NCBI GenBank assembly: GCA_034780895.1
Contig: JAUZTB010000017.1
Location: 28,450,486 to 28,514,485 of the forward strand
Length of the DNA stretch: 64,000 nt
Source of the DNA: Rhynchobatus australiae
Taxonomy: Eukaryota
Reading direction: 5' to 3'
In this document: positions 49,591-62,011 of the stretch, one piece after another
How the letters are laid out: each line of letters opens with the position of its first letter
Numbering within the stretch: the stretch's first letter is position 1
Program-made: the position numbers and the translations under genes
Notes under the pieces: model-generated
What the model was told of the DNA's origin: nothing
The model's database searches: none
What the model saw: only the letters and a program-made list of their open reading frames with translations

Positions 49591-52364
49591 TAAATGCTGT
49601 CATCTACATCCTGAGTAATCTCTTGGCAAACTATTTGCCCGGATGAAATATGGGCAAAATTTGTACCTGACAAATGAGTTTCTCTTCAACCCATTGCAAG
49701 TCAACTGATGTCTCATACAAGGCATTCAGACAACAAAGTTCTTTCACATCATCATCAATCCTGGCATGGTGCACAGAATTCTTACTCTTTTTGGCAGATG
49801 CAGATGGAGTTTACTTCCCTTAGTGAGGGTAGTGTTCTTTGCTGTCCTGGAACTGGTGGTTCAATCTAATCCCTATAGTTCAATCTATCAGGAAGAACTC
49901 TGTGCCTGAGCACATCCTATGTGCATCAACACACATGGTTAGACTTCCAGCTGGAAAATTTATGACTCCCAAGAATATTCAATATTATAGACATTATCAA
50001 ATGAAAAATTCATAGTTGAAATAGTTACATTTTATATGTGTCCTCATCTATCTATTCAGTAGTATTTCATTGTTCCATTCAGTGAACTTGGGTACAGTTT
50101 TACCAAACATCTAGTAACTATCTGACATCTTTCTCAATGAAACTGTGCAGAATGGCCTTGGGCTGCTTCATTGTTCAGGTGGGGGATAAGTGCATTGATA
50201 TTTTTACCAATGTATATGTAATCACAAGAGTAAGAAGATCCATCGTTACCTGGTGCGAACCTGCAGTCCATGAAAGAAGCAAAAAATCAAGGAAAATGTG
50301 GAATGACAATAAAATTACAGCATAAAGGCATGATTTGTTTACTCATGATTCCAAGAGTACATCCCATCATTTGTTGCAAAGAATTACTGAAGTGCCCTTG
50401 TAGAATATACTTCCAAATTGATGTCTGAAATACATTGGTGATGTTTCTGATATTTATGCATGTTTCTTTTACAAATCATTCACAATTAGTCTGTTAGTAT
50501 GATTAATGTGATAAATTAACTTCATATCCATTTTTGAATGCTCTAGTTCAGTTTAGGGTTATTTTTGCTTGAAAATTTCCAAAATACTATCTTCATAAAA
50601 AGGCAGTGACATGATTCCATTACTGGTGGCAGATAAATAGTGGATCTCTTTTTGTGAAATGAAGAAGGACATCTTGATGTTAATTGACTTTCAAATGGTG
50701 CTCTAGGATGTCTGGTAATTCAGTTAGATTTGATTCTGTGGTGCAGAGCGGCAATATAATTTCAGATAACATTTTAAATTGATTGAATCACGTGTCTTGT
50801 GAAAGAACTGCATTTAATTGCTTGGGGACCCACTTGTCCATTTATTCATAGCCACAATTAATTAACATTTTGAAATGAGGGATTTGTAGTCTTATCAAAT
50901 TAAAATTATGAGGAATTAAAATAAATTCAAGTATTTGAATTTCTGTTCATATTTACTTACTGACACCACAAAGCCTTTGTATAATGTAAAATGATATAAT
51001 GGTGTATCGAAGGTTATCTGCCAACCTCTCTGCTTACTTTATAATGAAGATCTCTCAGTTCAGCTCTTACACAGTTCCACTTTATATTTATTTATTCATT
51101 TGAATGTCATTTACAATGTCCACAGATATTGTCCAATCCCAACTGCCCCCAAAGTGAGAAGGCATTTAAGTGTCAACAATATTGGTGGGTCTAGAATCAC
51201 ATAGTGACCAGATCAGGTTAGGATGGCAGATTTTATTTCTTGAAGGATATTAATGAACCAGATGGGATTTTACAGCAGTCAAATAGTTTCATGGTTACCA
51301 TTACTGAGAATGTTTTTTTTAAATCCCAGATTCATTTAATTACTCGAATTTAACTTTGATCTTCAAGCTCTTGTCTCCAGACTTCTGCCTTCTAGTTGAG
51401 TTATTTAACTGCTGTCTTACCATGCTTACATGGGGCAAAGTAAAATTTCTGTGCCAACACACCGTTTTTTTGTCTGCATGTGTCCTCTTTGTATCCTTAC
51501 ATCAACACTTGTCAAACCATTTCAGAGACCCATTGCTTAATTTAGTCATTGTGCTCTGAAAGATATGCAAAACCATATTGTTAATGAGCTGTGGTATTTT
51601 GCCAATAAGTTCTTGTGGTTATGCATTGATTTCCAGCCATTTTAATTAAGGATTTATAGTTATATTGCTATATGAAAACCAGAGGCTCATTTTGGAGGAA
51701 TCTGATTTGGATGAATTTCCAATAATATAATGTGATGTTTAATATATTTTGTAATTTTAATGCTCTGCAGGAATACTTTTATTATTGTAGTAATATGTTT
51801 TTGCATTTGGTTCAAAAGAGAAATAAGGTTCAAGCTGAAGTACACTCTGGTATCATTGGATCAAATAATGCTTGAAACTGCTTGAATTTACTTATCAGTC
51901 TTCAAATGGAATATATTCTGAACAAAACCATAAAGATGGAACCTTGCAATTCCAAACCTGGCACATTTGCTTCTGCCAGCATCAGTTTGAAGCCACAAGC
52001 TCCACTTAGGGCTGAACATAAGTGCCTGATATAAATTTCCACACCAGTAGTTGGTAGCTTCTGCATGAACAATAGCCCTATTAATTCCATGCAAGGGCAA
52101 CAATGTGCACGAAAGGAAGATAACTTCTTCGGTAATCCAGGCAATTCGCAATGTACACCCATTTAAACCCCCTGGTGGCCAGTATTCTGTTACTTACTAA
52201 ACATCGCCAGCTGTCTTCACAGTATGATTATTTTCTTGGACTTCACCAAAGCTGATATAAATCTATTCTCTGTGATTCTTGTTATTTGTCAGTACAGTAT
52301 ATTAATATACATTTTCCTACCTATTACAATTGTATATTTTAATCCACCTGCCAATCTTTTCCAG

Positions 52365-52460
52365 GTCTTATCTGATTGGAGGAGGTATTCCATTCATAAT
52401 TTGTGGAATCACAGCTGCAACGAACATCAACAATTATGGAAGTGAAGACAATGCACCATA
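52365..52460 (+). CDS. ADGRA1: ADGRA1 coding exon (TM4-ECL2): (R)[31 protein letters not shown](Y)
   Basis: Acceptor cttttccag|G and donor CCATA|gtaagt; 96 nt, phase 2-2. Confidence 0.94.
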
Positions 52461-53639
52461 GTAAGTAGCTTTTCTGTGTAAAGTGGATGTCACCTACCTG
52501 AAGTCACTGTGAAATAGTATACAATTCCTTAATTTTTCAATCATATTTTCATGTAATTATACTTTAAAAGGGAAAACATAGCATTCTGTATTTTCCATTA
52601 AATTTTGCATTACACTGTGAAAACATCCACAGGCCCAAATGAATGTCATGCATTAAACAAAAAGAACCTATCTGAGCTTTGCAGTCACTGTCCACTCTAG
52701 CCGCATGAACACACTTTATTTCTGTGGGCAAGTGGTGTCTAACATACTGCCAGTGTCTCTGCCATGGTCCTTCTGGGAGGTACAGTAGACTGCGAGTGAT
52801 GACTAGTGCCAGAATTATTTTTCATTCTTCCTAAAAATCTCTAATGATCAGAGATATTTGGAGAGGGTTGAAAAAAATAATTAAAAGTATTAAAAATAAA
52901 CTTAAAACACAAATTAATTTAAATGTTCATGAAGCTGCCTTCAAGCTATGCATAAATATTGAAGTAAACCAAAATGAACAAAACATGTCCAAGCTTACTC
53001 TTTAAATGAATGTGAGTGAACAGGACCATGCCGTTTCTGCCAGTGTGAAGCTGAAGGGCAAGATACAGAGTATTTCGGCCCCTCCGCTCAGCCATATAGA
53101 AAATGTACCAGACTCAATGATGAGTCCAGTGGCAGAACAAGTTTCATGCATGCACATCCTATCTCCAGCACATTCCCAACCTCCATGCTGCAGTGCCCAA
53201 GTGCGAAAGTCTGGAAAATCCTGCCACAAACACTGCAGTTAGCCAACAGTTGTCTATGGACCATTCTGCACCAGGCATTCTGGCCCATTGAAACCACACC
53301 ATGACTTTCTTGACATTAAATAGTGATCAACTCTAACAATATTACTAATGTTGCGTAATATTGATGGGTACCAAATCCACCTTCGTTGTTATAGAAACAT
53401 AGAAAAACTACAGCACAATTCAGGCCCTTCGGCCTACAAAGCTGTGCCAAACATGTCCCTACCCTAGAAATTACTGACCAAATTTGAGTGGTGTGTAAAG
53501 CTGGCTACAGATTTCACAACATCTGTTCAATGGTAACTCCCAAGGTGAATTTCACCGCCAGTGTTTGAGTGAGCAGAGTCTTTCAAAACAATAACCACAA
53601 TATATGAAAATAAGTAAATATGTCAGCCATGAATGTCTC

Positions 53640-54135
53640 TCAAAAAATAAAATCAGATAATTCTGGAGATATGCAGCAGGTCAGGCAGCATCTTTGAAGA
53701 GAGAGAGAGAGAGAGAGAGAGAGACGGAGAGAGAGATGAAAGTGTTTCAGGTTAATGACATTTCATCAAAAGTGGATAAATGAGAAAACAGGTATGTTTT
53801 GTTGCAGCCAAGGGGAAGGATAGAGAGAACAAAAGAAGTGTTAGGGTGGAAGTTCACAACAATTCAGGTGAAAGATGAGATGGCAGAAACAATATTTGTG
53901 CCACCAGGATTGTCAAGATATTCATCTGATCACAGACACTCCTTTTGCTCTCTCCAAGCTGCTGCTATGTCTGCAACTGTAAACATGCTTGTTTTCTCAT
54001 TTTCCAATTCTGATTAAAGATCATGGTTTAAAACGTTAACTTTGTTTCACTCTCCAGTGAGGCTGCCTGACTTGACCTGTTGAACATCTCTAGCATTTTC
54101 TTGTTTTGTATTTCAGATTTCCAGCATCTGAACTT
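53640..54135. repeat. Inverted pair of Penelope-type repeats, including a (GA)n tract at about 53697-53736
   Basis: Left arm gcagcaggtcaggcagcatc...tttcaggttaatgacatttcatc...tgagaaaacaggtatgttt. Right arm aaacatgcttgttttctca...ctgatta...aaacgttaac...gctgcctgac...cagatttccagcatctg. Confidence 0.7.
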
Positions 54136-54266
54136 TTTTGTTTTTTGACTAATAATTCTCCTAAGATGTACTTTTTGGTTGGATTACTTGGGGGATTATT
54201 TCTTGGGTTAAGTATCTGCCTGCTCTGTCGCTCATTTGCTTATCTATTTGTTTCCTTTTCCCACAG

Positions 54267-55503
54267 TTGCTGGATGGCATGGGAGCCTAGTCTTGGGACA
54301 TTTTATGGTCCAGCTGCTTTCATTGTGCTAGTTAGTTGCATCTATTTTCTTTGTACACTCGTACAGCTGAAGCGTCACCCCGGGAAGAAATATGAGCTGA
54401 AGGAGATGACAGAAGAGCAACAGCGGCTGGCAAGCACAGAGGTAGGCCCCAGTCACGTAACGGACTCCGGCTCTGTGTCACACNNNNNNNCAATGATCTC
54501 TTCCTCTATGCTAGAGAATGAGCATTCATTTAAGGCTCAGCTCCGTGCTTCCGTGTTCACTCTCTTTCTGTTTATTGCCATGTGGACCTTTGGAGCCCTC
54601 GCAGTCTCACAAGGACACTTCCTAGATATGATCTTTAGTTGCCTATATGGAGCAGTTTCAGTGACCTTAGGACTTTTTATTCTTGTTCACCACTGTGCAA
54701 AACGTGATGATGTCTGGCATTGTTGGTGGTCCTGCTGCAAATCAAATAGGAATACATACGCTGTTCAAACAAGTGCTCGGCCCCAGGTAACCATGAATGG
54801 TGATGCCCAGCTTCATGTCCCATGCCTCCTGGATTCTCCCTGTCCTAGTAAGTCGTCATCCAGTTGTAATCATTCCGTCTCTGGACTCTGTAAATTAACA
54901 AATCTACATGCCGTGCAGAATCACGTAAATTGTGTTTCACCAGTTACGCCCTGTTGCGCAAAAATGCACAATGAACAAATCATTGATGACGATGGGCATA
55001 TTCACCTACATGCGGATGGAACATGCAGACCGACAATGCACATCCACAGATGTCAGAAAAGCCGAACTAAACCACGACAGTTCATTCGGCACAACAGGTC
55101 CACAGCTCAGAGAGAATATGCCTATCATATTCCTTCCAGCGTAGATGGAAGCGTTCACAGCTCACATACGGAAAGTCATCACAGCATCCAGGATGGCCAG
55201 TCCATCCAAAGGCAAGTCATTTGTGCAAAAAGTGATCAGTGTCCTAATATCTGCCAGCCTGAAAGCAGCGATGCCAGCACAGTGTTATATGGGTGTAATA
55301 AAGCTGCAGACAGTGGTGTCAGTACAGAGGCTTTGCACCAAGGAGTCACTTTTGAGATGCAGTCACGAAGACAATCATGTCCTCTAGGTGTAACCAATCA
55401 AAATGGAATACTTAAGGGAAACCTGCATGAAGCCATGATTTATACTTCAGACAGTACAGGAAACATAAGGACTGGTCCTTGGAAAAATGAAACTACTGTG
55501 TAG
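54267..55503 (+). CDS. ADGRA1: ADGRA1 terminal coding exon (TM5-TM7 + long cytoplasmic tail ending in the PDZ-binding motif ETTV)
   Basis: Acceptor ttttcccacag|T. Reads (Y)[19 protein letters not shown]...[12 protein letters not shown]...[10 protein letters not shown]...CKLTNL...EYAYHIPSS...[14 protein letters not shown], then TAG at 55501-55503. The 7-N gap at 54484-54490 keeps the frame. Confidence 0.97.
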
Positions 55504-56735
55504 TTTTTAGTTTCANNNNNNNNNNNNNNNNNNNNNNNNNNNNNNNNNNNNNNNNNNNNNNNNNNNNNNNNNNNNNNNNNNNNNNNNNNNNNNNNNNNNN
55601 NNNNNNNNNNNNNNNNNNNNNNNNNNNNNNNNNNNNNNNNNNNNNNNNNNNNNNNNNNNNNNNNNNNNNNNNNNNNNNNNNNNNNNNNNNNNNNNNNNNN
55701 NNNNNNNNNNNNNNNNNNNNNNNNNNNNNNNNNNNNNNNNNNNNNNNNNNNNNNNNNNNNNNNNNNNNNNNNNNNNNNNNNNNNNNNNNNNNNNNNNNNN
55801 NNNNNNNNNNNNNNNNNNNNNNNNNNNNNNNNNNNNNNNNNNNNNNNNNNNNNNNNNNNNNNNNNNNNNNNNNNNNNNNNNNNNNNNNNNNNNNNNNNNN
55901 NNNNNNNNNNNNNNNNNNNNNNNNNNNNNNNNNNNNNNNNNNNNNNNNNNNNNNNNNNNNNNNNNNNNNNNNNNNNNNNNNNNNNNNNNNNNNNNNNNNN
56001 NNNNNNNNNNNNNNNNNNNNNNNNNNNNNNNNNNNNNNNNNNNNNNNNNNNNNNNNNNNNNNNNNNNNNNNNNNNNNNNNNNNNNNNNNNNNNNNNNNNN
56101 NNNNNNNNNNNNNNNNNNNNNNNNNNNNNNNNNNNNNNNNNNNNNNNNNNNNNATAGGTTGGTCTGGTATATTACACAGAGCATACAAAAGAAACCTTTC
56201 CCACAAGGTAGAATAAAAAGGGTATTGGCTCTTTAATTTTGTATGAAGAAATATATTAAGTCTATATTTAGGCATACGGTACATGCTGAAATATGCATGA
56301 TTTTTGTTGCATTTTATCATCAATATTCATCTGCTGTTATATGTAAAAGCTGATCATTCTGGTAATGTAAGACATATAGCATCTTCTCATTTTTAATACA
56401 TGCAAATTAAATCATAATTCTGAAACACAGTCATTGGACTACTTCACTGTTAAAGTCCCACAGCACATGTGTAAGGTTAAAGCTATAAGTGTGCTAGAGA
56501 TGACAGTTTTCAGTTATCTGTGCAGAGCATGCAGTGCCTGTTGTATGTTACAGTGTACACTGTATAATGAATTAATGTTTCCAGTAAATGCAGATATCGC
56601 CATGTCTGTTAGTAAAAAAAGAACAAAAAAATTTTCAAACCAAGTCTGTCATCTATTTTAATGAGACTTCTTTTAAGAATTTGCTTTTAAGAATTCACCG
56701 TCATCAATAAAAGGTGAAATCAGGTAAAATATGTC
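55504..56735 (+). other. Probable ADGRA1 3' UTR (partly in an N gap) with candidate poly(A) signals
   Basis: Non-repetitive AT-rich sequence after the stop codon. AATAAA occurs at 56212-56217 and 56706-56711. The true 3' end is inferred only. Confidence 0.5.
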
Positions 56736-56929
56736 ATATTTGATTCCACTACTTTCTCAAAAAAGCAAGTGTATCGAACAGCAATGTGTAATGTTTACAA
56801 TAACTGCATTTCATAATAGCTAATCACAATACTAAATTTGTTTGACTCACTTAGGGATGGTTGGAGGTATGGGAATACTATGGTTGTGTTATTGAACTGG
56901 TAATTCAAGAAAGGTACATTCAAGTGGAG

Positions 56930-57062
56930 ACACAGGAGACTACAGATGCTGGAATCTGGAACAACAAGATGTTGGAAGAACTCAGCAGGTCAGATAGCAT
57001 ATGTGGAGGGAAATGGATGTCCATTTCCCTACATTGATGCTGCCTGACCTGCTGAGTTCCCC
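56930..57062. repeat. Fold-back Penelope-type repeat forming an 82-nt hairpin
   Basis: Perfect 16-bp outer arms at 56978-56993/57044-57059 and 11-bp inner arms at 57007-57017/57020-57030. Confidence 0.8.
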
Positions 57063-58929
57063 CATATATCTAGTAAAGTGCACCCAAATCGCAACATGAT
57101 AATTAGAGATTTTGAAATTAGTTTTTAAAATATCTGAAAATAAAAGTTTGTATGAATAAACTTGATGTTGAAGCTATCAGATTGTTGTAATATCTTAGCT
57201 AAGTCACTGTTGTCACTGCTACTCTTGCCTAAGTTTACCTAAGGGCAATTTCAGTCCCGCGTCAATATGATTGATAGTTAACTATCCTTGAAAGTTGTCT
57301 AACAAAACACAGTTTCAGAGAAAAACCAATGCTCAGCCAATGACACATATGTCTTGAGAATTAATTTTTAAAACTCCTCAGCTTTTCTCATTGGCATAAT
57401 GAACTGGTTGCATCTATGTGAGTAAGGGTTCCTTCACCTGCATTAAGTGCATAAGATGCATTTTATTTTTGTCTTTCAGTTGTTGATATCATATGATCTT
57501 TAAACCATACAACTATGATGTAAGCTTCTTTGTTTAAAGGAACCACTAAACAGGAATTTGGAAATTTGACAATATATTTTTGTTCTGAATAATTATCATC
57601 ATTTCTGGGATATATTACCTGCTAGCATTTTATATAGAATTACATAGATCTTATAGCAGGTAAATAAGCCATTTACCTCTCTGGTCCGTATTAACTGTGA
57701 TTTTCACAAGTCTATCCTTCCTCTTTATCCAATCCTATTAGCGAATACTTTAGGAGGTGTATCTTGTATGCCACATGGGTGCATTTCAGAGCATGGTTCA
57801 GGAGCAATTGTTTGCAACAAATATCTTTGGATATTTTGATAATGTCCCTACTCATAATGCCCATTCATGGGAGTTTTTCCCCTATATTTCCTACTTGAAA
57901 TGAGTAGTGAACTTCATTGCAAAGATTTTTTCAAATGGAATTAAGTGGAACTGGTACTTTACATTAAACAGTCAGGATTGAAGTGGATTTGTGAATGTAT
58001 GACATAGGTGCACAGGAAGAAATGGTTTATTCTTATGAATTTGATGCAGGACTTGCTGAACAGCAACAACAGATATTTATACAGCACCAGTAAAACATCC
58101 AAAGGTGCTTAGGGAGGATTATCAATATATATTTTGCCTCCAGCTCACAGAAAACTTCTCTAAGAAGTTTGGTCAGATAGATAAGTTTAAAGTAGTATCT
58201 TAACCCAGAAGAGAGAGATAGAGAGGCAGAGATGTTAGGGAGAGAATTCTGGAGTTCAGACTATGGCAGTTTATAGCATGGCCACCAATGGAAAGTGATT
58301 AAAATCAGGAATAGCAAGATGCCAAAATTAGGAGAGAGGCAATGGAGAAATGTGTAAACAGGGATCAGAATTTTAAAATCAAATTGTTTTCAGATCAGGA
58401 GCCAGTATAGGTCAACAAGCCCAGGAATAATCAGTACACTTTTTGATTAGAGTAGGTTTATGTAGAGTAGGCAATGGGAAGCAGAGGATATTTGAATGGA
58501 TGCCTAGCAGTAACAAAAGCATGGGTTTGAGGAACAGCGGTAGTGATGGTGGTCGGACAATGTTGTGGAGATGAAAGTCGCAGTACAGCTGAAGGTGTAG
58601 TAAAAAACTCAGCTTGAGTCAAATGCAAGGTTACAAATGGTCCTGTTTAGTTGCTATGGAGAGGGATGCAAACAACAGTCAGGGAATAACATTTGTCATT
58701 GGGACTAAAACTTATGGCCTAAGTTTTCCTATTATTTAACTGAGGAAATCGTTGCACTCAAAATAATAGAGACAAGCTGTGTGGCAAATCAAACATTGGA
58801 ATAATCAAGAAAATTAGTAATGAAATAGAGCATCAATAACAAACTGACATCAATAAAATATGGATTATTATATTGTAAATACATGACCCCATATGCCAAT
58901 TCATGAAATTAGTCATTAAATTAGAGTAA

Positions 58930-60665
58930 TTAGAATTATACGGCACAGAAACAGGCCCTTTCGCCCAATTTATCCATGCTGACCAAGGTACCTTCCTGAG
59001 CTAGTCCCATTTGCTTGCATTTGTCCCATATCCTTCCAAACNNNNNNNNNNCTATCTATGTTCCTGTCTAAATGTCTTTCAAATGCCTCAACCACTTCTT
59101 CTGGCAGCTCATTCCATATACCCACCATCCTCTGTGTGAATAACTTGCACCTCAGCTCTCTTTTAAGTCTTTCCTCACCAATGATACAAATATCTCTGCC
59201 AGGGCACTAGCAATTTCTTCCTCACCTTCACACAGTATCTTAGGATACACTTGGTCAGACCCCAGGGATTTATCCACCTTGATGCATTTCCTCTTTTGTA
59301 ATACAGATATGTTTCAAGACATCACTATTCTCTTCCTGAATTCCCTAGCTTCCATGATCTTCTTGCAGTAAATATAGACAAGAAAAAATCATTTAAGACC
59401 TCACCCTTGTCCTGTGGTTCTACACATCGATGTCAACAACGATCCTTAAGGGGCCCTATTCAATATTAATTCAAATTAGTTCAATAAATCTTGTAGTTTT
59501 TGGGGCTGGTCCCAGGAAACATAGAAAAATAGGAGTAGGAATGGGCTATTTGGCCCTTCAAACCTGCTTCCCTAATCAATACGATCATGGCTGATCCTCT
59601 ATCTCAATACCATATTCCTGTTCTCTCCTCATATCGCTTAATGCCTTCTATGTCAAGAAATCTATCCACCTCTTTAGTAATTATATACAGCAACTTGGCC
59701 ACAGCCTTCAATAGACTGTGGCAGAGAATTTGACAAGTTCCCAGCATTTTGAGTGCAGAAATTTCTCCTAATCTCGTTCGTAAGTATCTTATCCCGAGGC
59801 CACAGCCCCTGGTGCTAGAGCACCCAGCCAGCAGAAACATCCACCCTATGCCCTCTCTGTCTAGCCCTGACAGAATTGTTTATGTTTTAAAAAGATCTCC
59901 TCATATTCTTCAAATTCTAGTGCACACAGGCCTAGATGATCTCATCTCTCCTCGTACAATAATGGCAATATCCAAGGAAGCAGTCAGGTGAACCTTCACT
60001 ACACTCCCTCTATGGCAAGTATGTCTTTCTGAGGTAAAGAACCCTAAAGTGCACAAAATTCTCCAGGTGGGGTCTCTCCCAAGTCCTGTATAACTGTAGT
60101 AAGACATGCTTACTCCTGTACTCAAAACCTCTTGCAATGAAGATCAACGTTCCACTTGCCTTACCTTCTTCCTGCATCTGCATATTTGTTTTCAGTGACC
60201 AGAATACAAAGGCCCCCACATCCCCCTGTATATCACCATCTCCCAGTCTGTCACCATTGAAGTATTACGCTTCTGCCTTCTGTTTTTCTTCCCAAAGTGG
60301 ATAAGTTCTAATTAATCAATGCTGCATCACATCTGCCATTATTTCCACATTCACACAACTTATCTAAATAATCTGAAACTTTTGCATCACCTCACAATTT
60401 GCCATCTGCCCAGTTTCATCTCATCAGCAAACTTAGAAATATTACATTTGGTTCCCTCATCCAAGTCATTGATATGAAGCTGGAGGGTAGCTAACTTCTA
60501 ACAGACTCCAGTATTTTCCCTGCTTGTGACAGGCCAACCAGACTGTAGTTCCCTATTTTCTCTCTTTTTTTTCAAAATAACAGGGTTACATTAGTCACTC
60601 TTCAATTTGCAGAAACTATTCTGCAGACTTTTGGGTGATGACAACGAATGCATCCACTATTGCCA
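58930..60665 (-). mobile_element. Cluster of CR1-type LINE fragments
   Basis: CR1 3' ends at about 58930 and 59515. Remnant FIARGFEYRSKHVLLQLYRTWERPHLE. Confidence 0.8.
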
Positions 60666-60739
60666 TGGCTGCCTCTGTTAGTCCTCTGGCACGTAGGTTG
60701 GCCTGGTGTTGTACCTAATGCATGTCACTGACAACTGGT

Positions 60740-61320
60740 GAAGGATGTACTTGGCTTTATTTGTTTGCAAGGCAAAAAGCTTTGTTCAGTGTTCTACCTG
60801 TCAAGGCACAAAGAAACAAGACTCATCGTTTCCTTCTGTTCCAAGTCCTGGACTCAGGGCTCCTCCTTTCCGAGTGTTGGTCGGAGGTTCTCAAGTTGTT
60901 CTGGGCGTCGGTAAAGAGTTGGATGCTGTTTCCAGGACCCACCTCCCTCCTGTTCCCATTCTCCAAAAGACACTACCATGTTGGGTCAGACCCAGACTGG
61001 ATCATCATTTTGTCCATCCTTATCCCTTAACTTCTGGACTTTTAGCGGTTGTGCTTGTTCCTCCATTTCCCACTTCAATTGTGCAGCATCATAGTTGTTG
61101 GTACTGGGCCAAACAAGCGCACTGATGCACTGGATTTAGTTCTGACAATTCAGACAAGGATCTCACACAGGTTTGATGACCATGTCTCAGCACACTGGTA
61201 TTTTACATTTAGGCCTCTAGTTATCCCTTGTTACCATGCCTTAGATGCCAGAGATGTCTTGGGCTGGACTTCCCCTCACTTGTTCTTTACCTCACTGTAA
61301 CTGAGAGCCAGTATATTTAT
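60740..61320 (-). pseudogene. Highly decayed non-LTR reverse transcriptase fragment, family uncertain
   Basis: Frameshifted minus-strand pieces DISG / KAW*QGITRGL / GWTK**SSLG / PTW*CLLEN...IQLFTDA fall in the order of RT motifs. Confidence 0.4.
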
Positions 61321-62011
61321 TCTCCTTTTTCTCACGCCAGACTCGTTCATCCTATGATTAATACATGCTAGACATTAATACCTCTGGAAGTTGTTAGAAG
61401 GTTGCTGATTTTTTCTTAGCGTCCTCAAAGAACTTAATGCACCATTGAGCACCTTTGTATTCCACAACCTCCAACTGTCAATTCAAATGGAAACCACTGT
61501 CCATTCTTTTTTTCCGCAATAATTGTTTGAACCCCTTGTCTCCGACACAGGATTTCTCAGCTTTCCCATTACTTTCTCCAACAGTATCTGTTTATTAATA
61601 CTTCCTCTAATGTCTCCTTTTCATGGGATCACACAGCACAGAAACTGGACCATCGCGGCCTGCTGGCCACACTAATCTCATTTCCCAGCACATGGTCTGT
61701 AACTAACAATCCCTGGGTGATTCTTGTCATCATCCAGGTGCTTCTAAAGTTAGAGTAATACAGCATGGTTTATTGTTTTATTATTGTTAAATGTACTGAG
61801 GTACAGTGAAACACTTTCTTTTGCAGGCCATCCATACAGATCATTTCATCATATCATTGCATTGAGGTAGTACAAGGGAAAACAATAACAGAATGCAGAA
61901 TAAAGTGTTACNNNNNNNNNNNNNNNNNNNNNNNNNNNNNNNNNNNNNNNNNNNNNNNNNNNNNNNNNNNNNNNNNNNNNNNNNNNNNNNNNNNNNNNNN
62001 NNNNNNNNNNN

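Larger units (their letters stand above)
6836..55503 (+). other. ADGRA1: ADGRA1 (GPR123) gene span, five coding exons; first (ATG) exon not located
   Basis: Joined exons (128+124+146+96+1237 = 1731 nt) give an uninterrupted frame matching the recalled vertebrate ADGRA1 sequence from DLKTVLS to NETTV*. Introns are 12344, 14616, 18171 and 1806 bp, all GT-AG. Confidence 0.96.

Noticed and set aside
54106-54266. The ORF track's 465-aa protein as a single-exon gene
   Set aside because: Its first ~54 codons are intronic (a TTG start inside a repeat). ADGRA1 homology starts at the AG acceptor at 54266, so this is the last exon of a spliced gene.
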